The translations under genes were made by a program, and so were the position numbers. The notes under the pieces were generated by a model. That model was not told the origin of the DNA and did no database searches. It saw nothing but the letters and a program-made list of their open reading frames with translations. From Oceanispirochaeta sp. (GTDB lineage Bacteria > Spirochaetota > Spirochaetia > DSM-2461): DNA of 64,000 bases. Positions 1 to 9,373 of this stretch are shown here, in pieces (positions within the stretch are counted from its first letter, which is position 1; every line of letters begins with the position of its first letter). The stretch spans positions 576,001 to 640,000 of the forward strand of contig CAXXXD010000003.1 in NCBI GenBank assembly GCA_963663385.2, read 5' to 3'.

Positions 1-363
1 GGTATAAGTCATGGGGTTCACAACATCTTGTTCGTAAAGGGTTACCGTATAATAGGTTCTCTGCCCCTGTTCTGGATAGTTATTAACTTTGTTGCCGTAT
101 TCGCCTTTGCCGATAAGTTTTGTAAAGCTGTAATTGGCTAACTCTTCATCTGTTGTAAGTTCCTTTGTCAACGTATAGGTATTAATCGCTGCTCTATCGT
201 TTCCTTCGCTGAGGGTCACATCGTCTCCAGCCATCCAGTAGTAACCTGACAGGATATAATCCTGATCCGCATTTGAATCACTGCTGTCAAAACTGCATGA
301 TGTAATTGAAAAAATTGTGATGAGTATGATTGTTAACAGCGTAATAATGCTTTTATTTGTCAT
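1..363 (-). CDS. Lipoprotein, N-terminal part only (runs off the left edge); not in the ORF track
   Basis: ATG at 363 after a GGAGG RBS. Manual translation gives MTNKSIITLLTIILITIFSITSC-SFDSSDSNADQDYILSGYYW..., open to position 1, with a spirochaete-type lipobox ITSC. Confidence 0.8.
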   Translation of the reverse strand, partial: MTNKSIITLLTIILITIFSITSCSFDSSDSNADQDYILSGYYWMAGDDVTLSEGNDRAAINTYTLTKELTTDEELANYSFTKLIGKGEYGNKVNNYPEQGQRTYYTVTLYEQDVVNPMTYT

Positions 364-488
364 ATCGTACCTCCGAAAATCTTTTTAACTTTTAATTCTT
401 TTTACTTTTTTATTTTACAATATCTTAATACTTTATCGGATATATTAAATATACACCATATTGAAAAAAAACACAAAAATGTGAGATT

Positions 489-1910
489 TTATTTATCAGC
501 ACCTGTCGTTAAGCGTTGATGCTCTCTGATGTCTTTCAGGCGGTTATCCGTAATGGCCGTAAAGATGATCCGGTCCAGGGATTTGAGGGCCTGAAACAGA
601 TGGACTGTCATAAGAACCGCACCTACAGAACAGGCCAGAAGGGTTGAAAACCCCGGCGTGGAGAAGAGGGGCAGGTACGGGCTTAATGCCGCGCCCGTCG
701 TATTAAGCAGGAAAAACAGAAGGACTCCCTGAAGGGCCTTGCCGTACAACTCTATGTAGAATAGAAAATTCATGACTGTCAGAAACAGGCCCAGGACCAT
801 AATGCTTACAGCCGTAAAGACAACCATGGGAAAAACTTCCCGCATCTCCGGTCTGAACCAGGCTGCTGATAGAAAAATCAGGGTGACACAGCCCTGGAGG
901 GCCGCCTGCTCCTGCAGTACGAAACGGGTTGTCTTATTCAACTGGTACTGATTGGTTTTGATATGCCTTAAAGGTTTTCTGCCCAGACTGTCCAGAAATT
1001 TTTTCAGAACAAGGAAAAACTCGGTTTCCGAGAATATGGTGAAAAAAACAAGTCCCGGAATCATCATCAGATTGGTCAGGTACACAATGATATCGTAGGT
1101 CTTGTAGAGTTTCATGGACGTATCGGCAATATACTCCCCTTTCAAGCCCCAGAAAATAATTTTATCAATCCAGAGAGCGCCGTAATAGAAGAATCCCGTA
1201 ATAAAAAGAGCCCTGTACCGCTTTATATAACGGATAAAATCGTTAAGAACAGGTACTTTTTTATACCCCATTTCCTTCCGGAGATAGAAGAAAAGGAGCA
1301 GCATCAGAAGGAGCTGCCCCATGGTAAAGGCCATTAGAATATAACCGCTGTCAAACCGTATCATGGCTCCCTTCATAAAAAGGAGGGATGCTGCCATTCC
1401 AGATGAATAGACTATCAGCAGCTGATTGTAACGCTTCATGGCAGAAGCCGTAAGCATCAGAACCCATACATGATTTATAATGGTATATAACAGGATAAAG
1501 GCTGTTTTGTGTACTATTCCGACAGCCGGACCACCCAGAAAGAGTTTCTGAAGTCCAACTGCAACCGGTACAATTATAAACATGGAAGCCAGAAGATACC
1601 GGACTGTTAACCCCATGGCCTTATCCATCTCGTTTCTGTAAAGGTAGTCCGAGAGTATACGGGTAAAGATATAGTGAAAACCGCCGTTGAGTATAAGGGA
1701 TGAGGCATAGATATAGATGGTGGACGAAATAAAAAGGTTCCGTATCTCTACGGGAATCCCGAGAACCGGCTGCTGAAATATCAGAATGGTGATTATTGAG
1801 ATAAGCCAGGGGCCTGCCACAATCATGATCCCCGAAAGGGAAGCCTGAAAGAGGCCCCGGGCGCTTCCCAGGGAGGCAACCTTTCTCAGCTCGAACCCAA
1901 TGCCTGCCAT
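489..1910 (-). CDS. pelG: Pel polysaccharide exporter PelG (MATE/flippase-like)
   Basis: Diagnostic N-terminus MAGIGFELRK, then AGPW, TRILSDYLY, WIDK and ETEF segments; many TM helices; abuts pelF. Confidence 0.93.
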   Translation of the reverse strand: MAGIGFELRKVASLGSARGLFQASLSGIMIVAGPWLISIITILIFQQPVLGIPVEIRNLFISSTIYIYASSLILNGGFHYIFTRILSDYLYRNEMDKAMGLTVRYLLASMFIIVPVAVGLQKLFLGGPAVGIVHKTAFILLYTIINHVWVLMLTASAMKRYNQLLIVYSSGMAASLLFMKGAMIRFDSGYILMAFTMGQLLLMLLLFFYLRKEMGYKKVPVLNDFIRYIKRYRALFITGFFYYGALWIDKIIFWGLKGEYIADTSMKLYKTYDIIVYLTNLMMIPGLVFFTIFSETEFFLVLKKFLDSLGRKPLRHIKTNQYQLNKTTRFVLQEQAALQGCVTLIFLSAAWFRPEMREVFPMVVFTAVSIMVLGLFLTVMNFLFYIELYGKALQGVLLFFLLNTTGAALSPYLPLFSTPGFSTLLACSVGAVLMTVHLFQALKSLDRIIFTAITDNRLKDIREHQRLTTGADK

Positions 1911-3317
1911 CTACTTTATCTCCATCTGAGCGAGGTTTGTGTACATCTCCCGGTACTTTCTATGCAGGTCTTTTTTATCATAAAAATTGAGCACCTTCTG
2001 AAAATTCTTTTTACCCAGTCTCTGCATCTCTTCGGGATTGTTGTAAACAGTCAGTATGCCATCGGCTATCTTACTGCTGTTTTTTGATGGAGCCAGAAAG
2101 CGTTCATCAAAATTCAGGAGTTCGGGAACATTTCCCACGGCAGTGGATACCGCGGGAATCCCCGAGCAGTAAGCTTCCAGGATTACAAGGGGCTGTGCTT
2201 CCCTCACACTGGTGAGGACAAGAACATCAATAAAACTGTAGTAATCCCTTACATCCTGTCTTCCGGTAAATTCAAATACATCCTGCAGTTTGAGGTTTTC
2301 AACCAGAAGCCGGCAGTCCTCATAGTAGTCCGGGTCTTCATCCGTCGGTCCGATACAGTAGAAACGGGCTTCAGGAACACGGTCCGCGACAATTTTACAG
2401 GCGGCAATATAGGTTTTTATATCCTTGATGGGAACAACCCGTCCGACAAGCCCTACATGAAAACCCGGGCGGGGGCAGCGTTCCAGTTTAAAACGCTCCA
2501 CATCAATCCCGTTAGGGATTACCTCTGTTTTTTCTACGGGAGCCCCCAGTTCAAGCTGTTTCTGCCGGTTTTCTTCAAAAAGGGCCGTAATATGATCGGC
2601 CTGGGTGTAACAGATCCGGCTGATCTTGTTGTAGATGCTGGTCCACATATCCCTCTGGTATCCCCTGACCAGCTGGGTTTTGCGGATTTCCATCTCCCGT
2701 TCCTTGTGATAAAGGCCGTGTTCTGTTAAAAGGAAGGGTTTTTTATGCCTGGAACTGGCTGCCAGGGCTGCCACACCGGCAAAGCCCGTTGATACGGCAT
2801 GATAGATATCCGCTTCGGGAGGAGTGGCTCCCAATACGCTGAACAGCATGTCATGGGAGGACTTCCAGGCCCAGTAGTAGTCGGAAAACGGGTAGAGAGG
2901 GTTGTTTCGGATATTCCCGTTTACTATCATTTTCCAGCCTATCCGGGATTTTACGGCAAGATGATACAGAAAGGTATTTTCCGGTATCATTCTAATCATC
3001 TTTCTTGTATCGGGATCCTTGTTCTCTGCCATAAGCTTATGGAAGCGGGCAATCTCCTTCAGCAGTTTCATCGGCCGGGGGGGAGATTTGAAGATTTTAC
3101 CTGTTGGTTCCCCCAATACGATATCCACGGATTCAATGACATTGGAAGGAAGCTTATAGCGCAGAGGCTGACCGGATTTGGGGGAGATCGTATAGAGTTT
3201 AAAATCCACTTCGGGGATATTTATGATCAGATCGTGTACCCAGGCGGAAACTCCTCCGGTAATGTAGGGGTAGGATCCCTCCAGAACAATACAGACTGTC
3301 ATGCGGCGGTCACTCAT
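1911..3317 (-). CDS. pelF: GT4 glycosyltransferase PelF (N-terminal DUF3492)
   Basis: LEGSYPYITGGVSAW, LLTEHGLYHKER, GRVVPIKDIKT and EAQPLVILEA motifs. Start placed at ATG 3317, which overlaps the end of the upstream gene. Confidence 0.95.
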   Translation of the reverse strand: MSDRRMTVCIVLEGSYPYITGGVSAWVHDLIINIPEVDFKLYTISPKSGQPLRYKLPSNVIESVDIVLGEPTGKIFKSPPRPMKLLKEIARFHKLMAENKDPDTRKMIRMIPENTFLYHLAVKSRIGWKMIVNGNIRNNPLYPFSDYYWAWKSSHDMLFSVLGATPPEADIYHAVSTGFAGVAALAASSRHKKPFLLTEHGLYHKEREMEIRKTQLVRGYQRDMWTSIYNKISRICYTQADHITALFEENRQKQLELGAPVEKTEVIPNGIDVERFKLERCPRPGFHVGLVGRVVPIKDIKTYIAACKIVADRVPEARFYCIGPTDEDPDYYEDCRLLVENLKLQDVFEFTGRQDVRDYYSFIDVLVLTSVREAQPLVILEAYCSGIPAVSTAVGNVPELLNFDERFLAPSKNSSKIADGILTVYNNPEEMQRLGKKNFQKVLNFYDKKDLHRKYREMYTNLAQMEIK

Positions 3318-4128
3318 GTTTTCCAGTCCAGAAATCAAGGGTTTCCTTTTCCAGATCCGTCAGGTCATCCCTGCCTTTCATCTCATTCAAAAGCCTGTTC
3401 AGTTTCCGGGAGTCTCTTTTTTCATAGGCCAGTTCCAGTTTGACAAGGCGGTTTGAGGGCGCATCCGGCAGGAGCTGTTCAGCCTGATCATAGAGTTTCA
3501 GATTAATCAGAACCCGTATCAGCAGGTAGAGGTCCTCATCTGTGCTCACCTGACGGTTTTTCAGCTCCATCAGCAGAAGATAAGCCTCTTTCAGGTAAAA
3601 ATGATAGAGGGTCGTCTCCTTTTTATTGAGGAGCGCCAGGTGGTAGTAAATTTCCGCGGCGGCAGACTGATCTTCACGCTCCGGCTTTGTTTCCTGTTTT
3701 TCATTAAGGGCTACCAAATGCTGGTAAAAACTGCTATGGGATGAGTTATGCCGGGGGGCCGAATCCTGTTTTGCCGCCATCTTCTCTTTCAGGGCTACCA
3801 GCCGGGAGTTGTACTGTTTCTCCATGGCATTCAGGCTTTCCGCGGCAAACAGGGCCACTTCCTTGTCCTTATACTGGGAAATCTCCGTCAGAACTTCACT
3901 GAGCAGCAGGTTGGTTTCCAGATCCCTGTCCTTCCGGGACAGGAGCCACTCAATCTCGTCAAGATTATAGGGCTTCTTCATTATGGGATTCAGCCCGGTA
4001 GATTTATAGATAAACGCTTCAATGGGAAGCACATCTTCAAGGATCGCCTGCAGGGCTGCCGTAGGGGTTCTCGGTATGAACATGGTATTCAGTTTTTCAA
4101 TGTATCTGTAGGGGGAATCCTTTTTCAT
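3310..4128 (-). CDS. pelE: PelE-like helical-repeat (HEAT/TPR) protein with no visible TM segments
   Basis: Lies between pelD and pelF with overlapping start/stop codons. DKEVALFAAESLNAMEKQY resembles the conserved PelE helix; the C-terminus is TPR-like. Confidence 0.6.
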   Translation of the reverse strand: MKKDSPYRYIEKLNTMFIPRTPTAALQAILEDVLPIEAFIYKSTGLNPIMKKPYNLDEIEWLLSRKDRDLETNLLLSEVLTEISQYKDKEVALFAAESLNAMEKQYNSRLVALKEKMAAKQDSAPRHNSSHSSFYQHLVALNEKQETKPEREDQSAAAEIYYHLALLNKKETTLYHFYLKEAYLLLMELKNRQVSTDEDLYLLIRVLINLKLYDQAEQLLPDAPSNRLVKLELAYEKRDSRKLNRLLNEMKGRDDLTDLEKETLDFWTGKHE

Positions 4129-5516
4129 AACTTCTGGATCTCCAGCAGGTATTCCGCTCTTTTAATCAAGTCATCCGGGTCCATTTTTTCACTGGTACTA
4201 CAGGAGGAGTATCCCAGATTTATCTCAAGGTTGAGAGATTCCCCTTTTATGGTCCAGGTTCTGTTGTTTATGTATTCCAGGCTTTCCAGGCAGAACAGGG
4301 AACACCCGTCATAATCGAGGTAGGGAATAAAAAGGGCTACCCGGGATTCCTCCCTGTAGTGAAAAAGCTCCGGTTTACTCTTGCTGCGGGATGCCAGTTC
4401 TTCCATCAGCTGCCCCTGAAGGAACTGTACTTCCTCCAGGCTGTATTGTTCGACCAGATCCCGGAAGTTCTGGAATTCAAGAAGGATCAGGCTGGAGGAG
4501 TTGAAGGTTCCCGATTCATTATATTTATACCCTTCCATAACCCTGTACAGCTGAGTGAACTGGGGAAGACCTGTATATTCGTTCTCTTCTTCTTCAGAAA
4601 GGAGAGACTCGAAATCCAGAGCCCGTTTAAGGGCAGGCTGGGCGAGGCTTATAATAATCTGAACCATGTTTTCCGTATAGCTGCTGTATTTGATAAAAGG
4701 CAGAGACTCCAGGTTGATGACTCCCCAGGTTCTGTTATCCAGAACAACCGGGCAGCATATGATGCTGTCCTCAGTATTCAGTTGAGCCAGTGAATCGTAG
4801 TTCATTGCCATCCGGATGGAAAACATCTGATTATTACGGAAAACCCATCCTTCAATTGTCTCCTTAAGATCGAGCACATCTCCTTTATTGTTTTCCGTCT
4901 CTTCCCCTTTGCGCATTTTCAGCTTCAGATTGCTTTTCTGGCTGTCGAAGATCCATAGGGATATACTTGTTGCTTCCGTAAAATGTACAATTGTATCCAG
5001 CAGGGTAGAGATACTTTTATTTGTATCCAGGCAGTCCACTTCCTGAATCCGGTCGTACATCAGGTTCAGCGACGATCTTTGACGGACTACGCGTTCTTCC
5101 AGTTCCCTGATTATATCGTGCTGGGAGAGAGTGACATCCTTCAGCTTGCTTTTTTCGCCTGATATTTTTCTGTATCGGGTCAGTATCTTGTCAATCTGAT
5201 AGAGACGGAACTGGTTAAGCGATCCCCCCAGATAGGAGAGAACAATTCCCGTGGTGCCGTTGACAAGAAGCCGTCCTGTTTCGGGTAAATCTTTGTGTAA
5301 CAGGATAAAACCCGCCACATTTAGGGAAAAAGCCGTAAAAAAACAGATCAGCCCGGAAACTCTTCCATGCCAGAAGGCCAGAAAAAGAGACGTTATCAAT
5401 ATAAGTGTTACCGGCTCGGGTAAATAACTTTCCACTACGGGAATATGGGTCGACACGCCGATAATGAGAGCTATTACTATACTTTCCGGAATAATGTTGC
5501 GTTTTTTCAGTTGCAT
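4125..5516 (-). CDS. pelD: PelD-like protein: about 4 TM, coiled coil, GAF, degenerate GGDEF
   Basis: N-terminal TMs, GAF (IEGWVFRN...CCPVV...WGVINLESLPF) and a GGDEF-like C-terminus (ENEYTGL...YREESRVALF...NLGYSS); first gene of the pel operon. Confidence 0.75.
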   Translation of the reverse strand: MQLKKRNIIPESIVIALIIGVSTHIPVVESYLPEPVTLILITSLFLAFWHGRVSGLICFFTAFSLNVAGFILLHKDLPETGRLLVNGTTGIVLSYLGGSLNQFRLYQIDKILTRYRKISGEKSKLKDVTLSQHDIIRELEERVVRQRSSLNLMYDRIQEVDCLDTNKSISTLLDTIVHFTEATSISLWIFDSQKSNLKLKMRKGEETENNKGDVLDLKETIEGWVFRNNQMFSIRMAMNYDSLAQLNTEDSIICCPVVLDNRTWGVINLESLPFIKYSSYTENMVQIIISLAQPALKRALDFESLLSEEEENEYTGLPQFTQLYRVMEGYKYNESGTFNSSSLILLEFQNFRDLVEQYSLEEVQFLQGQLMEELASRSKSKPELFHYREESRVALFIPYLDYDGCSLFCLESLEYINNRTWTIKGESLNLEINLGYSSCSTSEKMDPDDLIKRAEYLLEIQKL

Positions 5517-5577
5517 AACGGGTTTTAGATTATAATGTAAAATGTCACTATTGTATATATTTGTCTGGAGAATAACG

Positions 5578-8500
5578 ATGCAGAGAACAATCAGAAGGAA
5601 CAGGTTTCTTATTGCAGGAATCCTGTTTTTTTATATATTACTTTTTTCATCAGCTCTTACAGCTCAGGAAAACACGGAGGAGCAGGATGCTGAAGCCCTC
5701 CCGGAAGTTCCCGAGGTAAAGCTGACACCCATTTTTCCCGATTCGGAGGAAGGGCTGATCTATATAGAAGGGGAAGATGCTGTTTCAACCAACTTCGCTA
5801 CGGCTCCCATCTATAACTATGGGGCTTCCGCCTATCGTTCCCTGCAGCTGATTCAGCAGAATGCCCCCTACGGGGGGAAATCCTACTATGCGGAGTATGC
5901 TTTTTATGTGGAAGAGGAGGGGGAGTACTACTTCTGGTACGGTGGAACCCCTCCCGGGCCGAAAGAGGATGTATTCCCCTCCTATGCCAGCCCTTTCAAA
6001 TATATTCTGGATGATGGGGAAGCTGTTCCCGTATACAGAGAGGACCTCTCGGTCGTAGATGCCTACACGCCCTCCTATTACTGGATGGAAGTGGGGAAGA
6101 TCACCCTGACCGAAGGAGTACATAAGCTTCGCCTGGAAGTTTCGGATAAACGGCGCTACGACGGGCAGTACTACTTTTTTATGGATGCTTTCTTCTTTCT
6201 GCGGGAAGACCTGATGGAAGAAGAACTTGTTCTGGTTCCGGACGTTTTCCCGAAAAACCGTCTGGACCGCTCCCTGGACAACCCTTTTCAGTCCATTGCC
6301 TTCTATGAAGGCAGGATCAAGGAAGACCCGGGCAACAAGGACGCCTATATTGTGGTTTCCATGATCTACTCCCTCCTGGGAGACTATATAAATGCCATAA
6401 AAAATCTTAACAGTGCGGTTAACTTGGATCCGGAGGATTCCTATCCTCTTCTGCTGATGGCTAAAAACAGAATCTGGAATGGAGAGGTTACAGCCGGACT
6501 GACACTTTATAAACAGCTGGTTATCCTTGCCCCGGATAATGCCGCTTACTGGGCCGAGGCGGGTAAAGTTGCCGCCTGGACAGGCAACTATCGCGATTCC
6601 ATCGATTTTTTTACAAGGGGACTGGATAAGTTTCCCGAGGATCTGAACCTGAAGGTAAACCTGGGGCTTACCTATCTCTGGATGTCCCGGTCGGGAGAGG
6701 CCGAGACTGCTTTTTCCGAAGCTGAAGAGAGTTCGGCGGGGAACCATGAACGGGCAATGGAACTGGGAAATATTCACTCCCTGAACGGTTATCCCCAGTA
6801 TGCCGTGGAAATCTATAAAAAAGAGATTGCCCAGTCTCCGGAGTATCTGGAAACCTACCTCAATCTGGAGAAGGCCTACAGGGATACCGGGGAGAGGGAT
6901 AAGGCGGAAGAGCTGATCTCCCTGATCTACGACAGCTTTGAAGAGAGCAGCGCTTTTTCATCCTATATGAATGTTTATGAAGAGAAGCTTCAGATGAAAC
7001 AGGATATTCTGGACGGCTACCGCATAGCACTGGATGAGAACCCCGATAACATCAATCTCAGGCAGGAACTGGCCCAAACCTATTTCTGGAACGGACTAAA
7101 GGAAGAAGCTGTTGATGAATCCCTGCGTATTCTGGTTAATAAAATGTTCCATGTGTTTAAGGATTTTGACAGCAAAGCGGAAAAGCTGCTAACCCTGAGG
7201 GATAAACTCTCCTACACGATGGAACGTTACCATAGGATTATGGACTCCTGCGGAGATGCTTCAAAACAGTTAAGCAGCGCCCAGTCCGCTTATAAAAAGG
7301 CAGAAGCGGCTGTTCAGAAAAAGCCCGGAGATACGGAACTGGCAGCCAAAATGGATGAACAGTATCTGATTTATGCGGATGCCTATAATATGGCTCAGGT
7401 ATGGATAGACCGCCTTGCAGAGCAGGAAACCGTACTGGAGGACCTTAAAGACAACTGGGAATCTCTCTCTTCTGCCGAAGAGGAGGACGAAGAACTGTTC
7501 CGGCAGCTTATGGGTGATCTGGAGTGGTCCTGGGACAGGAGCTTCACCAAAATGGAACTTAGGCAGGTTCAGAGGGACGAGCCCTTTCTCGCCGGCTATA
7601 TACTGGGGCGTCTGGCCCTTTTCGAAGGTCGGATGGAAGAAGCTGCCCGGGTTCTTTCTTCCGATACATTTGAAGATTCTCCCTTTGCCCGGTACGGCTT
7701 GTATGAAGCCCTTCTCTGGCAGAACAATGAAAAAAAACAGGATGAAATGTGGGCCGGCGAAGCGGATGTCCTGACACTCTACCGGCAGCATCTTTTCGAT
7801 CTGGAGGCAACAGCCTGGAGCGAACCGGGTTCGGGCTCTTTCCTTCCTGATGATGATGAGGTAGCGAGTCTGACCGGATTTATGAATCAGCGGATTAAAG
7901 AGTTCAGTACGGACCGGGAAGAACTGGATAAGCTGGCGGGGAAAATCGGTAAAGCCATAGACAGAAAACTCAACCGCAGTATTTACTACCTGGAGCAGGA
8001 AACCTATATGCTCCGGTTCGAACTGGGGGATTACTATCTGGAAATGGAAGAGAACCTGAAAGCATCCCGTCAGTTTGACAGGGTTCTGGCTATGGATCCC
8101 TGGAATATAAGCGCCAATTACAAACTGGGGATAGTCAGTCAGCGCTACGGCAACTGGTACAGGGCCATGAATCAGTACGAGAAGGTCTACTTTCAGAACC
8201 CTCTCTACGAAAACGCCGCCTATTACTACAATCAGCTGGCCCGGGCGAATGCGGATTATGTTCATATAACAGCTCAGAATGTTACGGATCCCTCCCGTAT
8301 CGCCTATACGGGAACAGCCGAGTACAACAGTAAAGTGAACAACTGGCTGGGGTGGGGGCTCGACTATCAGCTGGATATTGACCGGCAGTACAGAACCTAC
8401 GGGAGCGAAGACCCCTCATCCTTCAAGCTTCATACGGCTGTGTTTGATCTTCCTCTGCGGCTGTCGGACTGGAATCTGCAGCTTACCCCCTTCGGGGGTG

Positions 8501-9276
8501 TGCAGGTGAGCAATGCCTTTTTTGGTTCGGATTACGGATTCAATCCCTACAAACCGGTTTCTGTCGAGGATAACCTGATCGCCCTGACATCCTCCTTTAC
8601 GGGAGGACTCGGACTCGACTGGACCTATGATTTTCTGGCTGTCGATATGGAGTATAGATACGCCCTGGAGGAGGATTCCCTCTTCTACGGCAGAAACCTG
8701 ACAAACGGGCATGGGGTGCAGCTCAATGCCAGTACCTACTTCCCCATACAATCCGATGACAATATCGGACCGGTAACAACAAGGACATTCGGATCCCTGA
8801 AAATCCTGCAGAGCGAAGATGTTTCCGGTACTAATCAGATCCGTCAGGTTGTGCAGGAGGTTGCCGCGGGGTATCTGGTTTCCCGGAATCCTTCCTTCAG
8901 ACTGACCCTGAACGGTCAGTTCAACTATGAGGACAGTCTGGATACGGATGTAACGGATTACTATGCACCTGATGAGGTCTATGAAGTAAAAGGAGGGCTG
9001 AGGGGAACTCTCGGTGTGCATAATGCCCAGTACACGGAAAGCGCCGAGATCAGCCTTTGGGGCAGCGCCGGAAGTTACCGGAGCGCCGGCGGGGATCCCG
9101 CTTTAAAGGTGGAGGGACAGTTAAGCGCCTACTATGTGAAAGAGACCATGATGCTCTATCTCCTTATAGGCGGGTACGGCACATATGATGAAGGGCTGGC
9201 AGATGATCCCATGTTCTGGGAACTGTCTGCTACCCTGGGATGCAAGGTAAACGTACCGTCCCTTCTGGTTCCCTAG
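5578..9276 (+). CDS. Large secreted TPR protein with an N-terminal CBM-like beta-sandwich and a C-terminal putative outer-membrane beta-barrel (PelB-like architecture)
   Basis: GGAG RBS before ATG 5578; signal peptide; IEGED...YAEY.F.V...GEY.FW...WMEVGKITLTEGVHKL.L motif; repeated DP.N TPR motifs; alternating, aromatic-rich strands in the last ~330 aa. Confidence 0.7.
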   Translation: MQRTIRRNRFLIAGILFFYILLFSSALTAQENTEEQDAEALPEVPEVKLTPIFPDSEEGLIYIEGEDAVSTNFATAPIYNYGASAYRSLQLIQQNAPYGGKSYYAEYAFYVEEEGEYYFWYGGTPPGPKEDVFPSYASPFKYILDDGEAVPVYREDLSVVDAYTPSYYWMEVGKITLTEGVHKLRLEVSDKRRYDGQYYFFMDAFFFLREDLMEEELVLVPDVFPKNRLDRSLDNPFQSIAFYEGRIKEDPGNKDAYIVVSMIYSLLGDYINAIKNLNSAVNLDPEDSYPLLLMAKNRIWNGEVTAGLTLYKQLVILAPDNAAYWAEAGKVAAWTGNYRDSIDFFTRGLDKFPEDLNLKVNLGLTYLWMSRSGEAETAFSEAEESSAGNHERAMELGNIHSLNGYPQYAVEIYKKEIAQSPEYLETYLNLEKAYRDTGERDKAEELISLIYDSFEESSAFSSYMNVYEEKLQMKQDILDGYRIALDENPDNINLRQELAQTYFWNGLKEEAVDESLRILVNKMFHVFKDFDSKAEKLLTLRDKLSYTMERYHRIMDSCGDASKQLSSAQSAYKKAEAAVQKKPGDTELAAKMDEQYLIYADAYNMAQVWIDRLAEQETVLEDLKDNWESLSSAEEEDEELFRQLMGDLEWSWDRSFTKMELRQVQRDEPFLAGYILGRLALFEGRMEEAARVLSSDTFEDSPFARYGLYEALLWQNNEKKQDEMWAGEADVLTLYRQHLFDLEATAWSEPGSGSFLPDDDEVASLTGFMNQRIKEFSTDREELDKLAGKIGKAIDRKLNRSIYYLEQETYMLRFELGDYYLEMEENLKASRQFDRVLAMDPWNISANYKLGIVSQRYGNWYRAMNQYEKVYFQNPLYENAAYYYNQLARANADYVHITAQNVTDPSRIAYTGTAEYNSKVNNWLGWGLDYQLDIDRQYRTYGSEDPSSFKLHTAVFDLPLRLSDWNLQLTPFGGVQVSNAFFGSDYGFNPYKPVSVEDNLIALTSSFTGGLGLDWTYDFLAVDMEYRYALEEDSLFYGRNLTNGHGVQLNASTYFPIQSDDNIGPVTTRTFGSLKILQSEDVSGTNQIRQVVQEVAAGYLVSRNPSFRLTLNGQFNYEDSLDTDVTDYYAPDEVYEVKGGLRGTLGVHNAQYTESAEISLWGSAGSYRSAGGDPALKVEGQLSAYYVKETMMLYLLIGGYGTYDEGLADDPMFWELSATLGCKVNVPSLLVP

Positions 9277-9373
9277 ACCCCTCTCAGTCTCCCAACAGGA
9301 AAGCCTTTTATTCTACGAAGGAAGAGTCAGTACTCTTCGCCCTCTCCTGAGGAGAGGGCCGGGGAGAGGTCTA
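9274..9373. repeat. REP/CIR-like palindromic intergenic element; may act as a bidirectional terminator
   Basis: Imperfect terminal IR tagacccctctc / ggggagaggtcta; internal hairpins gaagagt-cagt-actcttc (9321-9338) and gccctctcc-tga-ggagagggc (9339-9359). Confidence 0.6.

Noticed and set aside
2457..4793. Plus-strand ORFs opposite pelF/E/D
   Set aside because: Fully antisense to genes with clear family motifs.
5785..9021. Long antisense ORFs (330, 331 and 201 aa) inside the TPR gene
   Set aside because: Shadow frames of a well-formed gene; no motifs, RBS or plausible composition.
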